Positions 54,687 to 63,827 of a stretch of DNA of 64,000 bases are shown piece by piece. The notes under the pieces were generated by a model. That model was not told the origin of the DNA, searched no databases, and saw nothing but the letters and a program-made list of their open reading frames with translations. This DNA is from Patescibacteria group bacterium (GTDB lineage Bacteria; Patescibacteriota; Patescibacteriia; CAIXNZ01). A program made the translations under genes and the position numbers. The stretch is from NCBI GenBank assembly GCA_028714455.1, contig JAQTMG010000002.1:102047-166046 (forward strand), in the 5' to 3' direction. Within the stretch, counting starts at the first letter, position 1; the number at the start of each line of letters is the position of its first letter.

Positions 54687-55037
54687 ATGAGACACAGGAA
54701 TAAGACAAAAATTTTGGATCGCAAAAAAGCAGCCAGAAAAGCGCTCATGAGAGGACTGGCGACGAATTTTATTTTACACGAAAAAATCAAAACGACTATG
54801 GCTAAGGCTAAAGCTCTGCGGCCATACGTTGAAAAACTTATTACCAAAGGCCGAAAGAACGATTTGAATACCAGAAGACAGCTCCTAAAGGTTTTATACA
54901 AAGAAAACGCAGTTAAAAAGGTTCTGGAAGTCCTTAGCCCGCGTTATAAAGAAAGAAATGGCGGCTATACCAGGATTATCAAGCTTGGCAGTAGGCAAGG
55001 GGATTCAGCCAAAATGGCAATTATTGAATTTGTTTAA
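54687..55037 (+). CDS. rplQ: 50S ribosomal protein L17
   Basis: MRHRNK..., typical L17. Confidence 0.95.
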   Translation: MRHRNKTKILDRKKAARKALMRGLATNFILHEKIKTTMAKAKALRPYVEKLITKGRKNDLNTRRQLLKVLYKENAVKKVLEVLSPRYKERNGGYTRIIKLGSRQGDSAKMAIIEFV

Positions 55038-55038
55038 T

Positions 55039-55413
55039 ATGAAAACTACTAATTTGAACGTAAAAACTGAAAGAAAAATTCAGACCATAGATGCGACCAA
55101 CCAGTCCGTAGGCAGATTAGCCTCGCAGATTGCCAGATTACTAATTGGCAAACATAAGGTTGGCTATACGGCGCACATTGATGATGGTGATTTTGTCGTA
55201 GTCACTAACGCTGGCAAACTACTTTTTACGGGCAATAAACTGCAACAAAAAACATACAAACATCACTCTGGCTATCCAGGCGGACTTAAGGAAACTAAAA
55301 TGAAAAAAGTCTACGGTGAAAATCCTGGTCAGGTAATAAAAAAAGCCGTGGATAATATGTTACCTAAAAACAGGCACCGCAAAGAGTTGTTAAAAAGATT
55401 GACAATCAAATAA
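55039..55413 (+). CDS. rplM: 50S ribosomal protein L13
   Basis: The start at MKTTNL is chosen just after the rplQ stop. GRLASQIARLL is a conserved L13 motif. Confidence 0.9.
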   Translation: MKTTNLNVKTERKIQTIDATNQSVGRLASQIARLLIGKHKVGYTAHIDDGDFVVVTNAGKLLFTGNKLQQKTYKHHSGYPGGLKETKMKKVYGENPGQVIKKAVDNMLPKNRHRKELLKRLTIK

Positions 55414-55415
55414 TT

Positions 55416-55847
55416 ATGGAAAAAACAGCAACTAAAAATAAAGAGAACACCAAAGAATCTGGAAAATACTTTTTCGCCATCGGCCGAAGAAAATGCTCTA
55501 TCGCCAGAGTTAAATTGTTTTTGAAAGGCAAGGGTGAAATAATGATTAACGGCAAAAAATCAACTGATTATTTACCCGATTACGTGCTTCAAGAAATAAT
55601 TCACGCTCCGCTCAAGCTTGCTAATTTAGAGAAAGCTGATATTATCGTCTCTACTAATGGTGGCGGCAAGACTGGCCAGGCAGAAGCGATAAGATTGGGC
55701 ATTTCCCGCGCCCTGGTTTTACTTGATAAAGAACTTCGCAAAACCCTGAAGGTCGCTGGCTTTTTAAAACGCGATCCCCGAATCAAAGAAAGAAAGAAGC
55801 CGGGCCTTAAGAGAGCAAGAAGAGCACCCCAATGGCAAAAAAGGTAG
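55416..55847 (+). CDS. rpsI: 30S ribosomal protein S9
   Basis: C-terminal KKPGLKRARRAPQWQKR, typical S9. Confidence 0.95.
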   Translation: MEKTATKNKENTKESGKYFFAIGRRKCSIARVKLFLKGKGEIMINGKKSTDYLPDYVLQEIIHAPLKLANLEKADIIVSTNGGGKTGQAEAIRLGISRALVLLDKELRKTLKVAGFLKRDPRIKERKKPGLKRARRAPQWQKR

Positions 55848-55959
55848 GGTTATACAAGCAAAAGATAAAACCTGCAATATATTATTCAAAAGCCCCCGCA
55901 ATCGCGAGGGTTTTTGAATTCCATAAATACCTGAAATATGCTAAAATTAGTTTAACGAT

Positions 55960-57435
55960 ATGGTAGAAAAACCCCAAAATATAGCTAAAAATACGACGCT
56001 TTTGACTTCGGCCTATATCTTTCAAAAGATATTTGCCTTTGTTTATTTTACACTCATTGCCAGATGGTTAGGCGCTAGTAATATCGGCGTTTACACCTTT
56101 GCAGTATCTTTTACCACCATTTTAGCTATCTTTATTGATTTCGGCCTTGCCAATGTTTTAATACGCGAGGCAGCCAAATATAAAGAGAGAGCCAACAAGT
56201 ATTTGAATAATATTATTTCCATCAAGCTAATTTTCTCTGTTATAACTTATTTAGCCGCGGTTTTAATAATAAATTTTCTTAACAAGGGAGAACTGACCCT
56301 AACCATGGTCTATTTAGCCGGCATTGCCATGGTCTTGGATTCGTTCACGCTTTGTTTTTGGGCCATTTTCCGCGCTTATCAAAATTTGAAATATGAGGCG
56401 ATTAGCATTGTCATAAACCAGGTATTAATTTTAATCGTGGGTTTGGCCGGCATACTTCTAAAATTTCCTCTTTATATTTTAATCCTGGCGCTTATCACGG
56501 GCAGCGCCTTTAGCTTTTTATATTCGCTGATACTGCTGAAAGTAAAATTACATTTTAAATTTAAGATTGAATTTGACAAACAAATTCTAAAACTGCTTTT
56601 GATTATTGCTGTGCCTTTTGCGCTGGCTGGAATTTTCACCAGAGTTTACGGTTACATTGACCAGGTTCTGCTTTCAATCATGGTGGGGGATAAATATCTG
56701 GGCTGGTATGCCATTGGTTACAAAATAACCTATGCTTTTCAATTTTTGCCAGCTGCTTTTGCGGCCGCCATTTATCCGGCCATGAGCCATGCTTTTGAAT
56801 ACAATAAAGAACGTCTCAAAATAATTTTTGAAAAAGCGCTCTTCCTTTTGATTATTTCCTCGATTCCGGTAGCGACTGGCATCGCTCTTTTGGCCGATAA
56901 AATCATCCTGCACCTTTATACCGTCCAATTCGAACCCTCGATTCTGGCTTTGCAAATTATGATTTTCGGCATTATACCGATCTTTTTAAATTACCCGGTT
57001 GGTTCGCTTTTAAACGCCTGCAACAAACAGACAATCAACACGATCAACTGGGCGATCATAATGGTTATCAATGTCATTCTAAATTTAATCTTGATTCCCA
57101 TGTATCAACATGTCGGAGCTTCGATCGCGGCTCTTTCCACTTTATTTTTATTATTTTTAATGAACCTGCTCTGGGTACCCAAAATTATAAAATATGATTA
57201 CAAATATCTCGGCCTTAAATTATTAAAAACAATAATCTCCGTGGCGATCATGTCTTTATTCGTGCTTTATCTCAAAAATCAGTTAAACTATATTATCGTT
57301 ATTGCTATCGGCGCTATCATTTATATCGCCGCCATGTATCTAATGCGCGGCTTTACCAAGGATGATATAAAATATTTAATCCAAGCGGTTTTCAAAAAAA
57401 CACCATATGAAAAAGAGCTTATTGATAACGAATGA
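55960..57435 (+). CDS. oligosaccharide flippase (MOP/Wzx family)
   Basis: About 14 TM helices and a polysaccharide-biosynthesis-protein-like N-terminus. Confidence 0.75.
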   Translation: MVEKPQNIAKNTTLLTSAYIFQKIFAFVYFTLIARWLGASNIGVYTFAVSFTTILAIFIDFGLANVLIREAAKYKERANKYLNNIISIKLIFSVITYLAAVLIINFLNKGELTLTMVYLAGIAMVLDSFTLCFWAIFRAYQNLKYEAISIVINQVLILIVGLAGILLKFPLYILILALITGSAFSFLYSLILLKVKLHFKFKIEFDKQILKLLLIIAVPFALAGIFTRVYGYIDQVLLSIMVGDKYLGWYAIGYKITYAFQFLPAAFAAAIYPAMSHAFEYNKERLKIIFEKALFLLIISSIPVATGIALLADKIILHLYTVQFEPSILALQIMIFGIIPIFLNYPVGSLLNACNKQTINTINWAIIMVINVILNLILIPMYQHVGASIAALSTLFLLFLMNLLWVPKIIKYDYKYLGLKLLKTIISVAIMSLFVLYLKNQLNYIIVIAIGAIIYIAAMYLMRGFTKDDIKYLIQAVFKKTPYEKELIDNE

Positions 57436-58519
57436 TTTTCCGCCAAAGACAGGCGGCGTGGCCAATTATTTATCTAATCTAAGCGAAAATCTGCCTCATG
57501 ACAAAATTGTTGTTTTGGCTGACAAAAGCGTGGGGCAAACACACCATCATGAAATCAAATACCGATTAATCAAAGAGGATTTATTTTACAGATTCTTCTG
57601 GCCGCGCTGGTTAAAAACTTGCTTTGTCGCGAAGAAAATTATTGATCAAGAAAAAATAGAGCAGGTTATCATCAGCCACGTTTTACCCATGGGCTATGTG
57701 GCTATGTTGCTTGGCTTGCCATATTTTGTAATTTTACACGGACTTGACATTGTCTTGGCCAAGAAATCCATCTGGAAAAGATATTGGCTTAAAAAAATAT
57801 TAAATAGAGCAAAGCACGTTATCATCAATAGTAATTTTACTAAAAAAGAAGTATTGGATATTGGGATTTCTGAAGATAAAATTACTATTGTTAATCCTTG
57901 TCCCAATTTTCAAAAAATGATCATTAACGAAACTGAAAAACAAATTATCAAAAATGAACTGGACTTGCATCATAAAAAAATTCTTTTGTCAGTGGGCCGT
58001 CTTATTCCAAGGAAGGGTTTTGATAAAGTGATTGAAACCTTACCTCAAGTTTTAAAACAGGTTCCCAGCCTAGTTTATCTGATTGTCGGCAGGGGACCAG
58101 ACCGAGAACGCCTGGAAAAACTGGCAGAAAAACTAAGCGTTCTGGGCAACATCACGATTGTTGAGGACGTGCCAGATTCAAATCTGCCGGTTTATTATGA
58201 TTTAGCCGATGTTTTTATTATGCCATCAAGAATTGTAAATAAAACCGATGTTGAGGGCTTTGGCATTGTTTATCTGGAAGCCAATCTTTTGGGCAAGCCG
58301 GTTATTGCTGGCAAAAGCGGAGGAGTAGAAGACGCAGTTATTGATAACCAGACGGGCATTTTAGTAAATCCCGAGGACGCCAATGCCATCGCCATTGCCA
58401 TTATTAAACTTTTTTCCGATGAAAATCTGGCGAACACATTAGGTGTTCAGGGCAAAGCAAGGGTCTTAAATGAATTTTGCTGGTCAAAACAAATTGCCAA
58501 GATTGAAAATATTTTATGA
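57407..58519 (+). CDS. glycosyltransferase family 4
   Basis: GT-B fold with the EGFGIVYLEA motif (E-x7-E). Confidence 0.85.
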   Translation: MKKSLLITNDFPPKTGGVANYLSNLSENLPHDKIVVLADKSVGQTHHHEIKYRLIKEDLFYRFFWPRWLKTCFVAKKIIDQEKIEQVIISHVLPMGYVAMLLGLPYFVILHGLDIVLAKKSIWKRYWLKKILNRAKHVIINSNFTKKEVLDIGISEDKITIVNPCPNFQKMIINETEKQIIKNELDLHHKKILLSVGRLIPRKGFDKVIETLPQVLKQVPSLVYLIVGRGPDRERLEKLAEKLSVLGNITIVEDVPDSNLPVYYDLADVFIMPSRIVNKTDVEGFGIVYLEANLLGKPVIAGKSGGVEDAVIDNQTGILVNPEDANAIAIAIIKLFSDENLANTLGVQGKARVLNEFCWSKQIAKIENIL

Positions 58520-59694
58520 ACCAAAATCAAAAACTAAACATTTTAATGTTTAACATGTCCAAATATAGCGATTGGCAAAAAGGTGTAGTCAATCGCAATT
58601 TTCATATTTTACATAATTTAGCTAAGCGTGATGAAATTAATAAAATAATTGCGGTTGATTTTTTACCTTTTAATTGGAAAAGAGCAATAAAAACTTTTAT
58701 CTACGACCAGATTTTAAAAGACACAAGAGGCACAATTTGTTTTGGGGATTTAACTTCTCAATGCTGGCAAATCTCCAGCAAAATTTTAGTCTATTCAACT
58801 ATTGATTCTATTTTAAATAAAAAAAGAATTATTACGGAATTAAAAAGAATTTTAGACAAAGAGGGGATGAATAATAATTTGATCGTCTGGAACTACAATC
58901 CAATGTATATTGATTATTTTAACCAATTCAAGCAAAGGCTAAATATCTTTGACACGGTCGACAATTGGCTTGAACATTCAAGCTATCAAGAATATAAAAA
59001 TTTACTTCAGAAAAATTACGACACAATTAAGGATGGCAGTGATCTGATTTTTACCGTTTCAGAAAACTTGAAACAAAATCTTTTTAACAACCAGGAAAGC
59101 GCTCACTGGATTCCGAATGCCGTTGATTTGGATTATTTCCAAAACCAGACAAACATCTCGCCAAAATTACAGAATATTCCCAAACCGATTATCGGTTTTC
59201 TGGGAATTTTACAAGACAGAATTGATCTTGAAATTCTGCTAAATTTAGCCAAAAATAACCCTGAAAAATCTTTAATTTTAGCCGGTCCTGTTTGGAAAAA
59301 TTTTCCCAGAGAAAAATTTAACGGCTTAAAAAATGTTTATTTTCTTGGCCCAATAGGTTACTCGGAAATTCCGTCGCTTTATAACGGCTTTGACGTCGGC
59401 ATTATTCCATACAAAATCAACGCCTTCATCAAATCAACTGATCCCATGAAATATTATGAATATCTGGCGGCCAATTTGCCGGTGGTTTCAACTCCGGCGC
59501 CGGGCATTGAAAGATTTGGCAATTTAATTAAAGTTGCCAAAACACCCGAAGAATTTAATGTAATGGTTAATCAAGCCTTGAGTGAAGGAAAAGATAGGCA
59601 AAGAGAAGAAAGAATAAAGATTCTTCAAAATAATACGTGGGGCGACAGAATTGAAGAAATGTTAAAATTAATAAACGCAAGGTGGTCCACATAG
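58516..59694 (+). CDS. glycosyltransferase (GT-B like)
   Basis: C-terminal PMKYYEYLAANLPVVS motif. It lies in an operon with the other GTs. Confidence 0.6.
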   Translation: MNQNQKLNILMFNMSKYSDWQKGVVNRNFHILHNLAKRDEINKIIAVDFLPFNWKRAIKTFIYDQILKDTRGTICFGDLTSQCWQISSKILVYSTIDSILNKKRIITELKRILDKEGMNNNLIVWNYNPMYIDYFNQFKQRLNIFDTVDNWLEHSSYQEYKNLLQKNYDTIKDGSDLIFTVSENLKQNLFNNQESAHWIPNAVDLDYFQNQTNISPKLQNIPKPIIGFLGILQDRIDLEILLNLAKNNPEKSLILAGPVWKNFPREKFNGLKNVYFLGPIGYSEIPSLYNGFDVGIIPYKINAFIKSTDPMKYYEYLAANLPVVSTPAPGIERFGNLIKVAKTPEEFNVMVNQALSEGKDRQREERIKILQNNTWGDRIEEMLKLINARWST

Positions 59695-60099
59695 TCATTC
59701 CGAGCGTAGCGCGAGGAATCCATAACATCGATTAATATGAAACAATATTGCGTTTACATAATGACTAACAAAAGTGACTCCGTGGATTATACCGGCATAA
59801 CGAATAATTTATTTCGAAGAGTATACGAGCATAAAACCCATTTTAATGAGAAGAGTTTTACTTCAAAATATAATATCAATAAATTAGTTTATTTTGAGGA
59901 ATATAATAATCCCGATCAAGCCATATACAGAGAAAAGCAAATAAAGGGCTTGAGTAGAGAAAAAAAATTTAATTTAATAAAAACTATCAATCCTGATTTT
60001 AATGATTTGGCCAGAGATTGGTATAAAGATAGCCAGGCCGAGCGCAAAGAACAACCGACTCAACCTAAATCATAGATTCCACGCTGCGCTCTGAATGAC
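59694..60099 (+). mobile_element. GIY-YIG gene nested between inverted hairpin arms
   Basis: The left arm GTCATTCCGAGCGTAGCGCGAGGAATCC (59694-59721) and right arm GATTCCACGCTGCGCTCTGAATGAC (60075-60099) are mutually complementary. They touch the stop codons of the flanking and cargo genes. Confidence 0.65.
59737..60075 (+). CDS. GIY-YIG nuclease family protein
   Basis: CVYIMTN...YTGITNNLFRRVYEH...E..K motifs of the GIY-YIG fold. Confidence 0.85.
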   Translation: MKQYCVYIMTNKSDSVDYTGITNNLFRRVYEHKTHFNEKSFTSKYNINKLVYFEEYNNPDQAIYREKQIKGLSREKKFNLIKTINPDFNDLARDWYKDSQAERKEQPTQPKS

Positions 60100-60125
60100 A
60101 GTTGTGGCTCGGCTTTTGCAAAAAT

Positions 60126-60995
60126 ATGGATTTATCAATAATAATTGTAAATTGGAACGTCAAAGACTTGCTACGAAAATGTCTGCAATCAATCTATAAA
60201 AAAACTCAAGGCCTTGAATTTGAAGTTTTTGTAGTTGATAACGCCTCAAAAGATAATTCAATTCAAATGGTTTTAAAAGAATTTCCTCAAGCAACTTTAA
60301 TCGCTTCAAATGTAAATCTGGGTTTCGCCAGAGCCAATAATCTAGCGCTCGAACAGGCCAGAGGAAAATATATTTTATTCATGAATCCAGATATGGAGCT
60401 GGTTGAAAATTCTTTTCCTAAATTAATTGAACTAATGGATAAGGATCCAAAAATCGCTTTGTCCACTTGCCAATTAATTTATCCTGACAGCTCCAGGCAA
60501 AATAATGTTAAAAATAACCCTGGATTTTGCGACCAATTTTTAATCCTCTTAAAACTCCATCATCTTTTTCAACCACGATGCTTAAAGAGATATTTGGCCA
60601 AGGATTTTGATTATTCCAAAGAACAAGAAGTTCGGCAAATAATGGGCGCTTTTATTTTTGCCAATGGCGAGATAATAAAAAAACTTGGCGGCTGGGATAC
60701 TGAATATTTTCTTTGGTGGGAAGATTTGGATTTATGCAAAAGAGTACAGGATACCGGTTATAAAATTGTTTACACGCCAAGCACAAAAGTTATACATTAT
60801 GAAGCCAAGGCCTTTGAGCAGCAACCTAGTTTGGAAAAACAAAAAAGATTTAATAGGGGAATGAGAATATATTTTAAAAAACATTTTGGTTTATTGGTTT
60901 ATTGGTTTATTGGTTTATTGGGGTTTATAAGCTTGGGTCTAGCCTGGTTGAGTCAGATCTTTAAAATCAAGCCAAAAACGCAATCAAAGTTATAG
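60126..60995 (+). CDS. glycosyltransferase family 2
   Basis: LSIIIVNWN, VDNASKD and a DxD-like region. ATG at 60126. Confidence 0.85.
   Translation: MDLSIIIVNWNVKDLLRKCLQSIYKKTQGLEFEVFVVDNASKDNSIQMVLKEFPQATLIASNVNLGFARANNLALEQARGKYILFMNPDMELVENSFPKLIELMDKDPKIALSTCQLIYPDSSRQNNVKNNPGFCDQFLILLKLHHLFQPRCLKRYLAKDFDYSKEQEVRQIMGAFIFANGEIIKKLGGWDTEYFLWWEDLDLCKRVQDTGYKIVYTPSTKVIHYEAKAFEQQPSLEKQKRFNRGMRIYFKKHFGLLVYWFIGLLGFISLGLAWLSQIFKIKPKTQSKL
60888..60919 (+). repeat. 4 x 8-nt perfect tandem repeat (GGTTTATT) inside the GT2 gene
   Basis: Read directly. A fifth degenerate copy follows after 2 nt. Confidence 0.9.
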
Positions 60996-61130
60996 AAAAA
61001 CTGAAACACTAAAAATAATCACGAATAGCACGAATTTATAAAAAAATTTCGTGTTATTGGTGAATAAAAATTCGTGGTTCAGTTATCACTGAAAAATAAA
61101 AAGCCCCACATTTCTGCGGGGCTTGAAAAA

Positions 61131-61409
61131 CTAACGATAACAAAGGATGAGCACGATAATTGATGCGCTGATACAGGCGCTTAAACCAAGGCAGGCCTGG
61201 AGCATGCGAATTCTCTTAAAATAACCTTCCAGCGCCATACACACCTGAACAACCAGGTAGATTGTGAACATGCTGATTGAAAGCCCCTGGACGTTGTGGG
61301 TCTTGATGATTTGATAAAGCTGAGGCAACATTGCCGTAACGTTGATAAAACCAATAACCCAAATAATAACTGACCAATGGATCTTCTCGGCGAATTCATC
61401 GCGTGTCAT
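61131..61409 (-). CDS. PQ-loop / SemiSWEET-like small membrane protein
   Basis: 92 aa, three TM helices and LPQLYQIIKTHNVQGLS. AAGGAGGG lies upstream of the ATG at 61409. Confidence 0.6.
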   Translation of the reverse strand: MTRDEFAEKIHWSVIIWVIGFINVTAMLPQLYQIIKTHNVQGLSISMFTIYLVVQVCMALEGYFKRIRMLQACLGLSACISASIIVLILCYR

Positions 61410-61501
61410 CTTATCCCTCCTTATTTTATTGTTAGGTACTTTAATTAAATATAATAGCAAAATTTTATATAATTGTCAAATGTTAACAAAATAATAAAAG
61501 C

Positions 61502-62962
61502 ATGTCAGATATAACAAATCTCTTAAAAAATAATAAAATCCAAATATTTTTGGCTATTTTAATCATTGAAATACTTTCTTTAATTAGTTTTAAAATTACC
61601 TGGCTTTCAGGAATATTTTTTGTCTTAATCTGTCTAGGCGTTTTAATTTTAACCTGGCGCAAATTAGAAAATGGCGTCTTGATTGCCTTGGCTGAATTGA
61701 TAATTGGCTCACAAGGATATTTATTTTATCTGATGTTACCCGGATTTAAGGTCTCAATTCGTCTGGGAATTTTTCTGATTGTATTTTTTGTCTGGTTATT
61801 TAAATATTTCAACTTCAGGAATTTCCTCAATTTATTGAGGAAGGATAGGCTAGTTCAAAATTTCATTTTACTTTTAGTTTTTATTGCTTTTGGCGCAATC
61901 AATGGTTTAATTCACAAAAATGGCGCTAGCAATGTTTTTTTTGATCTAAACGGTTATTTATATTTCGGACTCTTTTTTGTCTTTCTGGATGCTTTCAAGG
62001 ATAAAGAATTACCCAATAAATTTATTAATGTTTTACTTGCCGCTTTAACCTATGTTTCTCTGGAAATATTTTTTACTCTTTATATTTTCTCACATTCAAT
62101 TCCATATTTGCCTGATTTATTTTACCACTGGATTCGCGATACCAGGGTAGGGGAGATTACTTATGCCGGCGCTAATTTTTTCCGCGTTTTTTTCCAGTCG
62201 CAAATCTGGACGCTGGAAAGTATATTTATTATTCTATGCATTCTGTTATTAAATAAAAAGTCCAAGTGGCTATATATTCTCTTAATCTTTCTTCAAACTT
62301 CCATTCTAATCAGTTTTGCCCGCAGTTTCTGGCTTGGCGGCGCCGTGGCTATGGCGTTTTTATTCGGTTATTTAATTTACACTCGAATAAAAGAATGGCA
62401 GAAATTATTAAAAAATATTGGCTTAATGATTAGCGCTGCTATTCTAAGTGTTGTCTTGATTTTCGCGATTGCCAATTTTCCATTACCCAAACCCACGGCT
62501 TATTTTACGGCTGATATGTTAGTTGGCAGATTTACTCTGTTTAGCGATGCCGCTGCTTCTAGCCGCTGGCAAGAGCTGCCAGTGATTTTGGAAAAAATAA
62601 AAACCAGCCCCATTTTTGGCGCTGGCTTTGGTTCCACTATTACTTATAAAACCGAGGATCCGCGAATCAAAAATACCGATAATCCAGAAGGCTGGTATAC
62701 CACCTACACTTTTGAATGGGGTTTTTTAGATACGATTACGGAAATTGGTATTATTGGTTTATTGGTTTATTTAGTTTTTATCGGCCAGATCTTTTATCTG
62801 GGGCTTAAGGGCAGGGGAGAGAATTGGCTAAAAATTGGTTTGTTACTCGGTTTGATTGCTTTAGTAATAACTAATATCTCCAGTCCATATTTGAATCATC
62901 CACTGGGTATTGGCTATTTGCTTCTCTGTGCTGGAATATTTGAATCAAGATTGTCCGATTAA
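61502..62962 (+). CDS. O-antigen ligase/polymerase-like membrane protein
   Basis: About 12 TM helices with a Wzy_C-like loop region. It lies in the glycan cluster. Confidence 0.6.
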   Translation: MSDITNLLKNNKIQIFLAILIIEILSLISFKITWLSGIFFVLICLGVLILTWRKLENGVLIALAELIIGSQGYLFYLMLPGFKVSIRLGIFLIVFFVWLFKYFNFRNFLNLLRKDRLVQNFILLLVFIAFGAINGLIHKNGASNVFFDLNGYLYFGLFFVFLDAFKDKELPNKFINVLLAALTYVSLEIFFTLYIFSHSIPYLPDLFYHWIRDTRVGEITYAGANFFRVFFQSQIWTLESIFIILCILLLNKKSKWLYILLIFLQTSILISFARSFWLGGAVAMAFLFGYLIYTRIKEWQKLLKNIGLMISAAILSVVLIFAIANFPLPKPTAYFTADMLVGRFTLFSDAAASSRWQELPVILEKIKTSPIFGAGFGSTITYKTEDPRIKNTDNPEGWYTTYTFEWGFLDTITEIGIIGLLVYLVFIGQIFYLGLKGRGENWLKIGLLLGLIALVITNISSPYLNHPLGIGYLLLCAGIFESRLSD

Positions 62963-63099
62963 TTGCCAACAAGTTGGCAAAATCCACAACGATTATCCCA
63001 ATTTATTGGGATTTATTATTTTGTAAATTTGTAAATATGAGCTAACCTGGTTGACAAAGAAATAAAAATTTGCTTAAATTTAGGAAAAGGAGGGAAAAA

Positions 63100-63444
63100 A
63101 TGACCAAACCAGTTGGTAAAGAAGTGCTAAGCCAGTGCGGAATCACGGGAAAGAAATGGAAAAAACTGCCAAATGGCCTGCGCAAACACCGCCGCTGGCA
63201 AAAGGCCCAGGAACGCAAACTGTTTCTCAAGCGCGAGCAGGAATGCAAGCGGCGCGCAGACGAACTGGCCAAGCTGCCGAATTATGAGGACTTTCCGAAA
63301 TCCGTACGACGCGACTACCACGGCGATTGTTGCCCCCACTGCTTCACGTCAAGAAGATTCGCGAGCGCTCAAGTCAAGATACAAACAAAGCAGGGCACAA
63401 AGACCCTCCACAAATGCGAGAGGTGCGGAAAATTATATCGGTAA
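63100..63444 (+). CDS. hypothetical basic zinc-ribbon protein (SD-bearing orphan)
   Basis: ATG lies 5 nt after AAAGGAGGG. It has a CPHC...CERCG pair. Confidence 0.5.
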   Translation: MTKPVGKEVLSQCGITGKKWKKLPNGLRKHRRWQKAQERKLFLKREQECKRRADELAKLPNYEDFPKSVRRDYHGDCCPHCFTSRRFASAQVKIQTKQGTKTLHKCERCGKLYR

Positions 63445-63496
63445 AGAAAAAACCGCTCCAACAACTGGGGCGGTTTTAATTTTTCAGGACTCATCT

Positions 63497-63766
63497 TTAT
63501 TCGCCGTAATAAATATCACAAGCGAATCCTTTGGGATTTTGCTCGTGCCGGCAGAACGTAAACGCGACCTTGGCTGGCGGCATTTCAGCCGACAAAGATT
63601 CGGGATGGGTAACTGACATTAAAATAAAGAAAGCAATAAGAATATCAATACCCAGGAGCAACACATCTGAAAAAGCGTCCAAATACTTCCGATCCGCAAT
63701 ATCCCCAAATATAGCCTGTACGCCAAACGCAATCATACCGATCAAAAAACCAGCAAAAAATTCCAT
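63497..63766 (-). CDS. hypothetical small membrane protein (SD-bearing)
   Basis: 89 aa with AAAGGAGGG upstream and two or three TM helices. Confidence 0.5.
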   Translation of the reverse strand: MEFFAGFLIGMIAFGVQAIFGDIADRKYLDAFSDVLLLGIDILIAFFILMSVTHPESLSAEMPPAKVAFTFCRHEQNPKGFACDIYYGE

Positions 63767-63827
63767 TTTCCCTCCTTTTTTGTTTAAGAACTTTTATGTT
63801 TTATTTTAACATTTTTGGAAAATCATG

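Noticed and set aside
54958-55038. The upstream ATG at 54958 as the rplM start
   Set aside because: It would overlap rplQ by 80 nt and add a non-conserved N-terminus. The ATG at 55039, just after the rplQ stop, gives a canonical L13 N-terminus.
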